A stretch of DNA of 64,000 bases from an uncultured delta proteobacterium (GTDB lineage Bacteria > Desulfobacterota > Binatia > UBA9968). The stretch's first letter is position 1; each line of letters starts with the position of its first letter. The stretch covers positions 448,001 to 512,000 of the forward strand of contig CAVXEP010000032.1 in NCBI GenBank assembly GCA_963760795.1. Reading direction: 5' to 3'. The notes beneath the pieces are model-generated. The model made no database searches and was not told the origin of the DNA. It was given only the letters and a program-made list of their open reading frames with translations. This document shows positions 20,719 to 31,260 of the stretch, in pieces. The position numbers were made by a program, and so were the translations under genes.

Positions 20719-21927
20719 GTGGTGCTGGCGTTAGTCTTCGCTTTTATCCCGGCACTGAAGCCATCGAGTCGTGATGAGAAACCATCTGCGTGGCAACATG
20801 TGGAACACCGCTCGGAAGAACGGATAGCCGTAAGACTCGGCCGCAATGAAACTCTCCAAGGATTACTGAATCGTTTCGGTCTTCGTCCTGGCTCGGCGCA
20901 GGAGTTGTCGCAGAAAATTTATTCCTCGGTCAATTTACGGCGCATGCCGCGGGACCAGGCCATCAATTTGGTTGTCGACCGACAGGATGGAAATATTCGC
21001 GTGGTTGAGTTCGTCATGCAGGATCATCTCGTGCGAGCCAGCGTCGGGCTGGCCGGTTGGTCGGTGGAGCGGCAGGAACTCGCCCATGTCGAGGGATCGG
21101 ATATCATTCGGGTTCGTATCACCGATAGTTTCGCCCGAAGCGCGGCGCGGGCTGGTGTTTCGGTGGCGCAGCTCGCCGAGTTGCAGCGAGTGTTTAGCGC
21201 CGAGATGGATCTGTTGTCCGAGTTAGCAGCCGGCGATGAAGTATCGTTAGTTGTGCCGCAGAAACAGTATCTGAATGGACATGTGGCGTCGGCGGCGATG
21301 GCCGCGGTGCGCGTGGTGCGTGGCGGACGGTTCTTCGATGCTTTCGCTTTCAACGGCAGTGATGGTGTGTTGCACTACTACGACGCCGACGGTCACAGGT
21401 TGCCGCGACCGTTTCTGGCGGCGCCGTTAAAATTCGAGCGGATCTCTTCCACTTTCGATTTGGCGCGCGCCGATCCGGCGACGGGTGCGTTGCGGCCCCA
21501 TGAAGCGATCGATTATCAGGCCGCACATGGAACGCCGGTTGTGGCGATCGGCGCCGGCACTGTCGAGTTTGCCGGTTCGCGCCCCGGTAATGGCCTCATG
21601 GTAGAGCTCAAGCATGCCGGCGGTTACACCTCTAGTTATTCGCATTTGTCGCGCATTGCCGAGGGAGTCGAAGAGGGCCGGCGGATCAAGGTGGGCGAAG
21701 CCATCGGTGCAGTCGGCCAGACCGGTTATGCCACCGGCCCCCATCTTCACTTCGAGTTTGCCCTCGACGGTGAGAAGCTCGACTACTTGTCGGTAAAAAT
21801 CCCCAGCGCGGAGTCGCTATCGGGATACCAGCTGATTCAGTTCCACCGTGAGCAGGCGAAGTGGCTTGCGGCACTGCGCGGCTCCGCCGTTCGGGTTGTT
21901 CAAATGCCCACCTCTCCCTGGCAATAA
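20719..21927 (+). CDS. M23 family metallopeptidase (MepM-like)
   Basis: HEAIDY (HxxxD), YSHLS, ATGPHLHFE (HxH); start uncertain. Confidence 0.85.
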   Translation: MVLALVFAFIPALKPSSRDEKPSAWQHVEHRSEERIAVRLGRNETLQGLLNRFGLRPGSAQELSQKIYSSVNLRRMPRDQAINLVVDRQDGNIRVVEFVMQDHLVRASVGLAGWSVERQELAHVEGSDIIRVRITDSFARSAARAGVSVAQLAELQRVFSAEMDLLSELAAGDEVSLVVPQKQYLNGHVASAAMAAVRVVRGGRFFDAFAFNGSDGVLHYYDADGHRLPRPFLAAPLKFERISSTFDLARADPATGALRPHEAIDYQAAHGTPVVAIGAGTVEFAGSRPGNGLMVELKHAGGYTSSYSHLSRIAEGVEEGRRIKVGEAIGAVGQTGYATGPHLHFEFALDGEKLDYLSVKIPSAESLSGYQLIQFHREQAKWLAALRGSAVRVVQMPTSPWQ

Positions 21928-21956
21928 TCCCCAGGTTTGAAAATCTTCACTGACGG

Positions 21957-22763
21957 CTAGCGATGTTTTGCATATACGTCGGTCCGGCGGTTTTGCAATA
22001 GCGGTAGTTTGTTCCGCACGTCATTGACCAAGGCAAGGTCAATTTCGATTACCGCCAATTCTTCTTTTTCTTGCAGGTCGATCAATGTGCGTCCGAGCGG
22101 GTCCACCGCCATGCTGTGGCCGGTGTAAATGTTGCCGACTTGATTGGGTGCGATGACGAAGCAGCCGTTCTCCAGGGCGCGCGCTTTGATCATGGTCTGC
22201 CAGTGTTCGACTTTGAGATCGCCTTGGACCCAGCCGGACGGGGCGAATAAGACATTGGCGCCTGCAAGCGTGAGCATTCGCGCCAGCTCGGGAAATCGCA
22301 GGTCGTAGCAGATCATCGTGCCGCAATGGGCATCGCCGAAGCTGACCAGCGGCGCGATGTCATTGCCGGGGTGAAACTTGTCCGACTCTTTGAAGCCGAA
22401 GGCATCGTAGAGGTGAAGCTTGCGGTAGACCGACGCGATATCGCCCGCGGCATCGATCCAAACCGCGCTGTCGTAAACTCGATTGGCTATAGGGCTCGAT
22501 TCATAGATCGCCGCCAGGACGCCGAGCTTGGCCGCTTTGGCATGTTCGCACAGCGCGCCGACAAACGGGCCGTCGACGGATTCGGCCACCGCGGTTAACT
22601 CTGCCGCGCTCTGGCTTGCAGGTGAGAACGCCATGAGGAATTCCGGAAAGGCTATAATTTCGGCGGCCTGGCTCTTGGCTTCATCGATAAGCCGCAACGC
22701 CTGTTTCAGATTGGCGGTCTTGTCGGTGCTGGACTGAACTTGGGCGATGGCGATTTTTTTCAT
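21957..22763 (-). CDS. carbon-nitrogen hydrolase (Nit1-like amidase)
   Basis: FPE, YRKLHLYD, ICYDLRFPE catalytic triad, ARALEN. Confidence 0.9.
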   Translation of the reverse strand: MKKIAIAQVQSSTDKTANLKQALRLIDEAKSQAAEIIAFPEFLMAFSPASQSAAELTAVAESVDGPFVGALCEHAKAAKLGVLAAIYESSPIANRVYDSAVWIDAAGDIASVYRKLHLYDAFGFKESDKFHPGNDIAPLVSFGDAHCGTMICYDLRFPELARMLTLAGANVLFAPSGWVQGDLKVEHWQTMIKARALENGCFVIAPNQVGNIYTGHSMAVDPLGRTLIDLQEKEELAVIEIDLALVNDVRNKLPLLQNRRTDVYAKHR

Positions 22764-22881
22764 GGTTTATCTTTCAGCCTGGATTATCTTTGCCAGTCAC
22801 GCTATCCAAGTAGGTTAGCTAGGTCAATCGGTACACGGGTACTGGTTCATTTTCATGGCGTTGTGCGTTTGGGAGTGGAAT

Positions 22882-22948
22882 AGATTTCTCGCTTCGCTCG
22901 AAATGACAGACCTTGAATAACTGTCATCCCGAACGAAGAGAGGGATCT
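22882..22948. repeat. paired REP-like element
   Basis: AGATTTCTCGCTTCGCTCGAAATGACAG ... CTGTCATCCCGAACGAAGAGAGGGATCT inverted arms. Confidence 0.7.
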
Positions 22949-23008
22949 TTCCGAACTGAACCACGACTCATGACGAGTTTCTGGACCTTCGGGACGGCAA
23001 GCAACGAA

Positions 23009-24428
23009 ATGGCGCAAACAACTTTGACTCCGAATCTCCAACGGCTCGCTCTCGCCAATGTTTGTCTCGGGCAGTTTTTGAGCGCCCTCGACTCGCGTTC
23101 GGTAAACGTCGCCTTGCCGACTATCTCGCTGTACTTCGACACTTCGATGGCGGCGGTGCAGTGGATTCCACTGGCTTATCAATTGACCATCGTCGGTTTG
23201 GTTCTGAGCATGGCGCGACTAGGCGACAAGCTTGGCCGCAAGGGGCTCTATACTCTCGGCTTCGTCATGCTCGGCTTCGGTTCGGCGGCTTGCGGTCTGA
23301 GTCCGTATTTATGGTTGATCGTCTGCTTTCGCGCGATCGAAGGCATCGGCGGCGCGCTGGTACTGGCCAACGGCCGGGCCATCGCCTCGGCGCTTTACGC
23401 CAGAGAAGGGCGCGGTCGCGCTCTGGGCATGATGTCGATGTCGTTTCATCTGGGCTACATCACCGGTCCGTCGGTGGGCGGATTCTTGGTCGACACCATC
23501 GGCTGGCGCTGGATCTTTTTCATGAACTTGCCGGTGGCGCTGGCGGCGGCCACTATGGCGTGGAAGATTCTCCCGGAAACCGTCACCGAGAAGCGCGATT
23601 ATTCCATCGATCCCATCGGTATGGTGACCTTGCTTACTACCGTGGTGGCATTGATCGTCGGCCTGCAGCAGGTGGCGAAGAGCGGCTTCGGCTGGCCGGC
23701 TTTGCTGGCCGGCGTGGTGGCGGTCACGTCGCTCTCGTTGCTGCTTTATTTCGAGCGGCGCGACCAGTCGCCGTTGCTCGATCTGTCGCTTTTCAAAGTC
23801 CGCTTGCTCACCGCCGGTTTGCTGAGCCATTTCTTCGTGTCGCTGTCGCATACCTCGACATTTTTTCTTGTTGCCGTTTTATCTCCAAGGGATTGCCGGC
23901 TACACACCGACACAGGTGGGCTTCACGGTGATCTGCTTCTCTCTGGTCATCGTTGTGCTCGCGCCAATCGGCGGCTGGCTCGCGGACCGGCTTGGCTCGC
24001 GCATGCTTTGCACCGTCGGCTCGGCACTCACCATGCTGAGCATGATCGGATTCTCGCGACTGGATGGCCCCGCTGGCCAGATCGGTGTGGTGATACCGCT
24101 GATGCTGTTGGGCTTGGGCTGGTCGCTGTTCCAGTCGCCCAACTTGAGCGGCATGTTCAACGCCGTCGAGCCGCGCTACGTCGGCGCGGTGAGCGGGTTG
24201 TCGCTGACCTCTGCCAACATCGCCAACGCCATGGGCGTGGCGGTCGGCAGCGTGCTGTTCATGCGCTGGCTGGACTTTTACGGCCTCGCGAGCGGTAGCG
24301 TCCCGCCGTACACGCAGTGGGGCGGCAATGCCGAGATCTTCGTCAAGGCGTTTCAGGGCTCGTGGATCGGTCATCGCCGGATTGGCGGCGTGCGATTGTC
24401 ACGTCAGCTCTGCGCGGAGCGGCAGTGA
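23009..24428 (+). CDS. MFS transporter, DHA2/EmrB-like (frameshift near 23865)
   Basis: LDSRSVNVALPTI, RLGDKLGRK, GWRWIFFMNLPV; second half in ORF 23868..24428. Confidence 0.85.
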
Positions 24429-24484
24429 CGAGAAAGGTAGCAGGTGAATAACAGGTTCAGATGTGCATGGAGCGCAGCAACTGG

Positions 24485-24505
24485 ACTCCATCACTCCAGC
24501 ACTCC
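24485..24505. repeat. partial 8-mer tandem repeat, same family as 15177-15260
   Basis: ACTCCATCACTCCAGCACTCC. Confidence 0.5.
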
Positions 24506-24510
24506 GTAGT

Positions 24511-25564
24511 TCAGTAGTTCAGCTGGCCGGCTTTTCTCGCTTTGATATTTTCCAGCACCTTCGCTCCCAGCGCGACGTCGGCGACGCCTTGGCCGGCGTT
24601 GTTTTTGTAGAATGTGATCTGGTCGAGGCGGGTGCGTCCTTCGCTGTTGCCGGCGAGGATCGAGCCGATCTCGATCAGCTGTTCCCACTTGATCACGCCG
24701 CGGTTGACCGGATCGAAAATATCCGCCTGCTCGTCTTGCACCGCCTGTTGTATCGACACGATGCCGTGGACATGGCTGCGCGACAGCGTGGCGTCGTCGA
24801 TTTCGCGCCGCTTGGCGGCGGTGAAGCCGCCTTTGACCAGGCCGACGTTGCTGCCGACGATGGTCGTCACATGCTGCCCCGGTTCCAACAAGTTGCCGTC
24901 GAATACCGGCACGCTGGAGTTGGTCGCCGTCAGGACGATGTCGACGCCGCGCACCGCTTCGGCTGGCGTCGAGACTGGAGTGATATTCAAATTGGTGAGC
25001 GGTCCCATCTCGTCGCAGAACTGTTTGCGGTTCTCCGGATTGCGGCTGTAGACCTTCACCGTTTTCAACTTGCGCACTTGCATCAAGTGCGAGCAGATGA
25101 TTTTTCGCCTGGCCGGCGGCGCCGAAGATGCCCAGGCTCGAAGCATCGGGCCGCGCCAGCAGGTCGGTGCCGACGGCGCTGGTGGCGGCGGTGCGCAGGC
25201 CGGTGACGGCGATGTTATCCGGCAACTCCGAGCAGGTGATCTCGCCGACGATGATGCCTTTCAATTCCCCTTCAGCGGCGTCGTAGAGCACGATGACCGG
25301 ATGATTGAGGCGCGGATAGACTTGCTCGCTGGCCATCGGTTTGACCCATTCGCAATGGGTCATCAGGCCGGTGGCTTTGGCCGCCGGCACGCCGCCCTGG
25401 TGCACGCTCACGCGCACGCCGGTGGGAATGTGAATGCGCCGGCGCGGCGCGTTGAGCTGCGGGTTCTCACCCCACTCGCGAAAGCCCAAGCGCACGGCTT
25501 CGACCGCTTCTTTCATGGTGACGATGCCGCGAATCTCTTGGGGACTGACGAGGATGGGTTGCAT
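24511..25564 (-). CDS. ornithine cyclodeaminase / mu-crystallin family protein (frameshifts near 25085-25145)
   Basis: TGLRTAATSAVG, GAAGQAKNHL, TATNSSVPVFDG, GQGVADVALG. Confidence 0.85.
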
Positions 25565-25574
25565 GAAAGGCTCC

Positions 25575-25640
25575 TGGAGCAATGGAGTTGGATTGGAGTA
25601 ATGGGTCCGGACTCAACACTCCGTTACTCCATCACTCCAA
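25575..25640. repeat. palindrome of 8-mer tandem units (TGGAGTAA family) with TCCGGA core
   Basis: TGGAGCAA TGGAGTTGGAT TGGAGTAA TGGG tccgga CTCAACACTCCGTTACTCCATCACTCCAA. Confidence 0.75.
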
Positions 25641-25650
25641 TCGCACTGTC

Positions 25651-26211
25651 TTACAGCGTTGGCGCCACTTGCGGGCGCGCGATCAAGTTCTCCGCCCAAC
25701 GTTTTATGTTGGGATAGTTGTCGAACGTGACGGTGTAGCGTTCGCGCCGGGTGTAGAAGGGGATGAATGTGACATCCGCCAGCGAGAACTGATTGCCGAC
25801 CAGATAGTCTTTACCGGCCAACGCGTCGTCGAGAGTGCGCAGGTGTTGATCCATGCGCACTTGGGCTTTCTCAGGGTCACGTTTTTTTTGCAGATCGCTT
25901 CCCGTCGGATGCACGCGGGTGTTGAAGAAATCCACCCAAATCCTCACCTTGGCGCGATTGAGTTGACTGCGCGGCATGAGCGGAGTGTCGGCGAATTTCT
26001 CGTCGAGATATTCGTTGATCACCGCCGACTCGTAGATGACGCCATCGCCGTCGACCAGCACCGGCACTTTGCCGTAGGGGTTCTGCTTGACCAGATCTTC
26101 CGGTTTGTTCTTGAGATCGACTTCGATGGTTTCGTAGGGGATGTTCTTTTCGGCCAGGACAATCCTTGTCCTGTGGGCGTAGGGTCAGGTGTGGCTGGTG
26201 TATAATTTCAT
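25651..26211 (-). CDS. glutathione S-transferase family protein, probable selenoprotein (Sec at codon 9)
   Basis: ATG at 26211 after GGAGG; MKLYTSHT-TGA-PYAHRTRIVLAEKNIPYETIEVDLKNKPEDLVKQNPYGKVPVL continues in frame into ORF 25651..26067 (YESAVINEYLDE). Confidence 0.85.
26155..26173 (-). promoter_or_regulatory. SECIS-like hairpin
   Basis: CAGGACAA-GGA-TTGTCCTG, perfect 8-bp stem beginning 11 nt after the in-frame UGA (26185-26187). Confidence 0.7.
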
Positions 26212-26278
26212 CGCGAAGGCCTCCTTGTTTTGAAACTAATTACCATCGTGGCGCAGGTTAGGCAATGCGGATTGGATT

Positions 26279-26365
26279 CGGTTCAAATCGTTCCAGTCGT
26301 TCCAATCGTTCCAAATCGTTGTATTCCGATCGAACCGCCGGAACTGATTGGAACCTTTGGAACGG
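26279..26365. repeat. palindrome of 9-mer tandem units (CGTTCCAAT / TTGGAAC) with TCCG core
   Basis: GTTCAAAT CGTTCCAGT CGTTCCAAT CGTTCCAAAT CGTT gtattccgatc GAAC...GGAACTGATTGGAACCTTTGGAACG. Confidence 0.75.
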
Positions 26366-26376
26366 CGCGCATTCAA

Positions 26377-27183
26377 TTATCGGTTGCGTGCCTGGAGCCG
26401 TTCTTGTAGACCGTCACCGACGAGATTGAGCGCGAAGACCGTGATCATGATCGCCAGCCCCGGATAGGTGGTGAGGTGCGGCGCGACCAGGAGAAACTGC
26501 CGGCCGTCGTTCAGCATCGATCCCCAGGACGGTGTCGGCGGTTCGACGCCAAGCCCCAGGAAACTCAAGCTGCCTTCGGCGATGATCGCGGCGGCGAGGC
26601 CGAAAGTCGCTTGGATTAATAACGGTGCCAGGAGATTGGGTAACAGATGGCGCAAAACAACGCGCTTGGGACTGCCGCCGAGAGCGCGGGCGGCTTGGAC
26701 GAATTCTCGTTCGCGCAGGGCGATGATCTCGCCGCGCACCAGACGCGCATAGCCGGTCCAGCCGATCAGGCAAAGCGCCAGGATAACGTGATCGAGCCCC
26801 GGCCCGAGCACGGCGGTGAAGGCGATGGCTAGGAGAATACCGGGAAAGGCCAGCAGGATATCGACCAGGCGCATGAGCAGTAAATCGATCCAGCCGCCGA
26901 AGTAACCGGCGAGGGCGCCGACGACGAAGCCGATGGCGAGGGAGATCGCCACGGTGGCGAAGCCGACCGAGAGCGAGATGCGCGCGCCGTAAAGCGTCCG
27001 GCTCAAGATGTCGCGGCCGAGTTTATCGGTGCCGAGCGGATGAGCGGCGCTGTAAGCGATCAGGTCGTTTTCTAAATTTTGCCGTAATGGATTATGCGGC
27101 GCTATGACCGGTGCCAATAGCGCCGAGACTAACAGGACCAGCAACATCGCCACGCCGGTGTTGAACCAGGCTCTAGTCGCCAT
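26377..27183 (-). CDS. peptide/nickel ABC transporter permease (DppC-like)
   Basis: HPLGTDKLGRDILSR, EFVQAARALG, PSWGSML. Confidence 0.9.
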   Translation of the reverse strand: MATRAWFNTGVAMLLVLLVSALLAPVIAPHNPLRQNLENDLIAYSAAHPLGTDKLGRDILSRTLYGARISLSVGFATVAISLAIGFVVGALAGYFGGWIDLLLMRLVDILLAFPGILLAIAFTAVLGPGLDHVILALCLIGWTGYARLVRGEIIALREREFVQAARALGGSPKRVVLRHLLPNLLAPLLIQATFGLAAAIIAEGSLSFLGLGVEPPTPSWGSMLNDGRQFLLVAPHLTTYPGLAIMITVFALNLVGDGLQERLQARNR

Positions 27184-28098
27184 AGCTCACCCGCGGATCG
27201 ACAAGTTTGTAAAGGATGTCGGTGAAAAAATTCACCAGCACATAGGCGACCGCGATGACCAACACACAACCTTGCACCAGCGGATAGTCGCGCGTCTGGA
27301 TCGCCTGCACGGTCAGTCTGCCGATGCCAGGCCAGCTGAACACGGTTTCGGTTATCAACGAGCCGGCGAGCAGGGCGCCGAATTGCAGGCTCATGATCGT
27401 TACCACCGACAACAGCGCGTTGCGCAGCATATGTTTGAGCCAGACCGATTTTTCGCTCAACCCTTTGGCGCGGGCGGTTTGGACGAACTCGGCGCGGGCG
27501 ACTTGCAGCAAACTGGCGCGAAGAATGCGCGTCAGGATCGCCGCCATGCCCAGTCCCAATGTGAGCGCCGGTAATACGACATGGAGCTAGTCCGCCGCGG
27601 CCCGACACCGGCGTCCAGCCGAGCTGAATCGAAAACAGGATCATCAAGAGCGGCCCAAGCCAAAAATTCGGCAGCGACAGGCCGAGCAGAGAAAATAATA
27701 GAGCGAAGCGATCCATCAGGCTGCCGGGCCGGCGCGCCGCCAGAAACGCCAGTGGAAACGATATGGCCAGCGCAGCGATCATGGCGCATAACGCCAGTTC
27801 GAGAGTCGCCGGCAGCCGTTGGCCGATGATTGCACTGACGCTCGCTTGTTCAAACAGCGAGCGGCCGAGATCGCCGGTGGCGAGCTTGGTCAGAAAGTTT
27901 CGATATTGCGTCGCCAGCGGTTGATCCAATCCGAGGGCGCGGCGCAGTTCCTGTTTATCGGCGCCGCTGGCGGTTTCGCCGAGCATGACCTCGACGGGGT
28001 CGCCGGGAATCAAGTGAACCAGCAGAAAGACCAATGACAACGCACCGAATAGAGTCGGCAGCAGGAGCAGCAGGCGGCGCCGGATAAATCGTTCTCAC
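27173..28098 (-). CDS. peptide/nickel ABC transporter permease (DppB-like), frameshifted
   Basis: LIPGDPV, GLDQPL, TARAKGLSE, ETVFSWPGIG, RDYPLVQG; frameshift near 27590. Confidence 0.9.
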
Positions 28099-28111
28099 GG
28101 GGGGATTGGGA

Positions 28112-29641
28112 TTAGCGCAGTGAGACTTGTTTCAGCGATATGAGATCGCCGTCGGGATAGGGGACAAAGCCTTGGACGTTGGTCTTCTTGGCAATGACAT
28201 TTTTCTGCCACCACAACGGCACGTACGGGCAGGTCCTCGGCGATCAGCCGTTGCGCTGCACCATAGATGCGCTTGCGTTCCGCCGGCTCCATGGCGACGC
28301 GGCCGCGATCCAGTAATTGATCGACTTGCGGGTTGGCGTAACGGCCGCGGTTGTCGCCGTTGGGCGGTACGCTGGCCGAATGAAAGATTTGATGCTGAAC
28401 ATCCGGGTCGCGGATGCCGACCCAGGCGAGCGAGTAGAGATGGAAGTTGCCTTTTTTCACATCGCTGAAAAACGTGCCCCACTCGTAGCTGCGGATCTCC
28501 AGCTCGATGCCGACTTGCAGCAGTTGCTCCTTTAACGCTTCGGCGATGCGCCGGCGCAGATCGATATTGGTGGTCTTGTAGGAAAGCCGAAAGCGCGCTC
28601 TTGGGCCGTCGCCGTCGGGGTCTTCGAAGCCGGCGTCATCGAGTAGCTGCTTGGCTTTGGCTGGATCGTAGGGCCATTCCGTCACGCTATTGTCGTAGGC
28701 TTCGTTGAGCGGCGAGATCAAGCCGTTGGCGGCGACCGCGGCGTCTTTGAGCAAATGGCGAATGATGCGCGCGCGGTCGATGGCGTGGGCGAGCGCTTGG
28801 CGCACTTTGAGCTGTCGCAAAATCGGGTGGGTCAGGTTGATGCCGATGTATTGAAACGTCGTGCCTTGATGGGCGGTGACCTCGGCATTGGTCTGGCTCT
28901 TCAGCCAAGGCAGCATGTCGGGCTCAAGATCGTTTTGCATGAAGTCGATGGCGCCTTGCTTAAACTCCAAGGCTCGCACCATGGCGTCGGGGACGATTTT
29001 GAATACCAAGCCGTCCAAGCGCCGGTTTGTTTTCCCAGTAGAGCGGGTTCGCTTTCAAGGCAACTTTCTCGCCGGACTCGTATTTGTCTAGGATGAACGG
29101 CCCGGAGCCGGGCGGTGGGCGATTGGTCCGCAGGCGATCCCTGGGGCACGATGCCGAGCGTGAAGTGTTCGACGAAGGGCGCATGGGCTGCGTTTAAGTG
29201 GAAGCGGAGCCGATGGCTGCCGGCTAGTTCGATGGCTTGAAGTTGTTTGAGCAACGCCCGCTTGGGCGAACGGTTGGCGGGATCGAGGATCGATTCAAAA
29301 GTAAATTTGACATCGGCGGCGGTGAGCGGCCGGCCGTCGTGAAACTTGACGTTGTCGCGCAGATCGAATTGAAAAGTGCGCTCATCAAGCCTGCGCCAGC
29401 TCTCGGCCAACTCGGCTTGCAACTGCATCTTCTCGTCGGCGCGCAGCAGCGAATTATAGATCAGATGGCCGATGCGCACGGCGTTGGCGTCGGTGGCGTA
29501 ACGCGGATCGAGCTGCGCCGGATTGGCTTCGATGCCGAGGACCAGATAGTTGGACGGCCGCTCCTGATCGGACGAGCGACAACCAGCGGCGAGGCAAATC
29601 AGCAGGAGCACCCAGCAGGAGCGATGAAAGTAACGCGGCAA
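28112..29641 (-). CDS. peptide ABC transporter substrate-binding lipoprotein (DppA-like), frameshifted
   Basis: Lipobox AAGC; KFHDGRPLTAADVKFT, GSGPF, VRQALAHAIDR, YDPAKAKQLL; several indels. Confidence 0.85.
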
Positions 29642-29713
29642 GCCAAATCTCGAAGGAAATTTTGACTGACTCTAACCTGTTTGCTAGTATCAATCAATTT
29701 TCCGCGCGCAACC

Positions 29714-30309
29714 ATGTCTCGTCACGTAAACTCTTTACTGTCATTTTGCTACTTGACGCTTTTACCCCTTTTGCGCCTGGCGCTCAGCAAGGTCCATTCC
29801 GGTGCCGGCCGGGTTGCAGGGCGCGGTGGATTTCTGGAAGCAAGTTTTCACGCGCCATGGCGCTGGCGAAGTCCTGCTGTTCGATCCGATCGATCCGGCA
29901 ACGATTTACCGGGTTTTGCGTGTGGTGAGACCGAGCAGGGCGCGCCTGGTTGGCAACGAACGCGCGCGCATCGCCGCGAATACGATCTGTCGACGAGAGA
30001 GCGGGTGCGAAGCCAACGCGGCGCCAAGGAACATTCAGCGAGGGGCTGAGGATCTCTGGCCGCTATATCGCGCAGATGCAGAAAATTTTTCGCGCTGAGG
30101 GCCTGCCGGCTCAGCTGGCGTACTTGCCTCTGGTGGAGTCGTCGTTCAACATTCGCGCCCGTTCCGGCGCCGGCGCTGTCGGCATGTGGCAGTTCATTCC
30201 AGAGACCGGCAAGAAGTTTATGCGCATCGACGACAAGGTGGACGAGCGGCGCGATCCCATGGCGTCGACCCGAGCGGCGCTTCGCAGCTGCGCATATTGC
30301 CGCCATTGA
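29714..30309 (+). pseudogene. degenerate lytic transglycosylase (MltD/SLT-like)
   Basis: LAYLPLVESSFN, GAVGMWQFIPETG, VDERRDP, then a premature stop; fragmented N-terminus. Confidence 0.7.
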
Positions 30310-30354
30310 TCGGCTTGAAGGCGGGCCGGGTTAGCTTATAATGATCGGTGCTCT

Positions 30355-31173
30355 ATGGAAGTAATCCTGGTTAAGCTAACCGCGGCGATTTATTTTCTCA
30401 CCGCTGCGAGCTATTTTTATTTCGTCTTTCGCAAGGACACGGCGTCCAAATTGCCGGCGCTGGCCATGGCGAGCGGGTTGGTCTTGCATACGGCGGCGCT
30501 GATCGTGCGTTTTGCCAATGAAGGCTTTGCCGCGGTGGCGCTGATCGGTGAAGCGCTCTTATTCAAGTGCTGGTTGATGGTCGGCGTCTACCTATTGATC
30601 CAACTCAAGTACCGTCTCACCGTGTTGGGCGGCATTGTCGCCCCGCTGGCGTTTCTCATGTGCTTGGCGGCGCTGGCCTTGGGCAGATCGGGCGCGGCGA
30701 TTCCCCCCGGCCTGGAGTCGTTCTGGTTACCGCTACATGTCACTTTGGCGTTTCTCGGCAACGCCGTATTTGCCCTCGCCTTCGGCGTCAGTCTGATCTA
30801 CCTGCTGCAGGAGCGCCATCTCAAACACAAGAAAATGACCGCGCTGTTGAAACGATTTCCGCCGCTGGAATCCCTCGACCGGTTGAACCTTATGCTTTTG
30901 GTTTGGGGCTTTCCCTTGATGACTTTGGGCATTCTCACGGGCAGCCTTTGGGCAGGGATTCATTGGGGCGACTATTGGTCCTGGGAGCCGCGGCAGATCT
31001 CTTCGGGCATCGCCTGGTTATTCTATGGCGCGATTTTGCACGGCCGGATCACCGCCGGGCTGCGCGGCAAGAAGGCGGCGCAACTTACCATGGTCGGGTT
31101 CTGCGTCGTGCTGGGATATTTTCTCTGGGGCGAAATGGTTTTCCCCAGCCGGCATGGGGGCCGGTTCCAGTAA
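30355..31173 (+). CDS. ccsA: cytochrome c biogenesis protein CcsA-like
   Basis: WLPLHV, GSLWAGIHWGDYWSWEPRQ (WWD domain); upstream of hemA. Confidence 0.85.
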   Translation: MEVILVKLTAAIYFLTAASYFYFVFRKDTASKLPALAMASGLVLHTAALIVRFANEGFAAVALIGEALLFKCWLMVGVYLLIQLKYRLTVLGGIVAPLAFLMCLAALALGRSGAAIPPGLESFWLPLHVTLAFLGNAVFALAFGVSLIYLLQERHLKHKKMTALLKRFPPLESLDRLNLMLLVWGFPLMTLGILTGSLWAGIHWGDYWSWEPRQISSGIAWLFYGAILHGRITAGLRGKKAAQLTMVGFCVVLGYFLWGEMVFPSRHGGRFQ

Positions 31174-31260
31174 TCATAACCGCAGGGAATGCTCGCGCCC
31201 TTTGGAAATCCCACAATAAGGTGCCACGCTGCGAGCAGCGTGGCCAATTGTAGATACGCC

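Noticed and set aside
15177-26365. Short repeat arrays as CRISPR
   Set aside because: Units are 7-9 nt, contiguous and inverted, with no unique spacers and no cas genes in the window.
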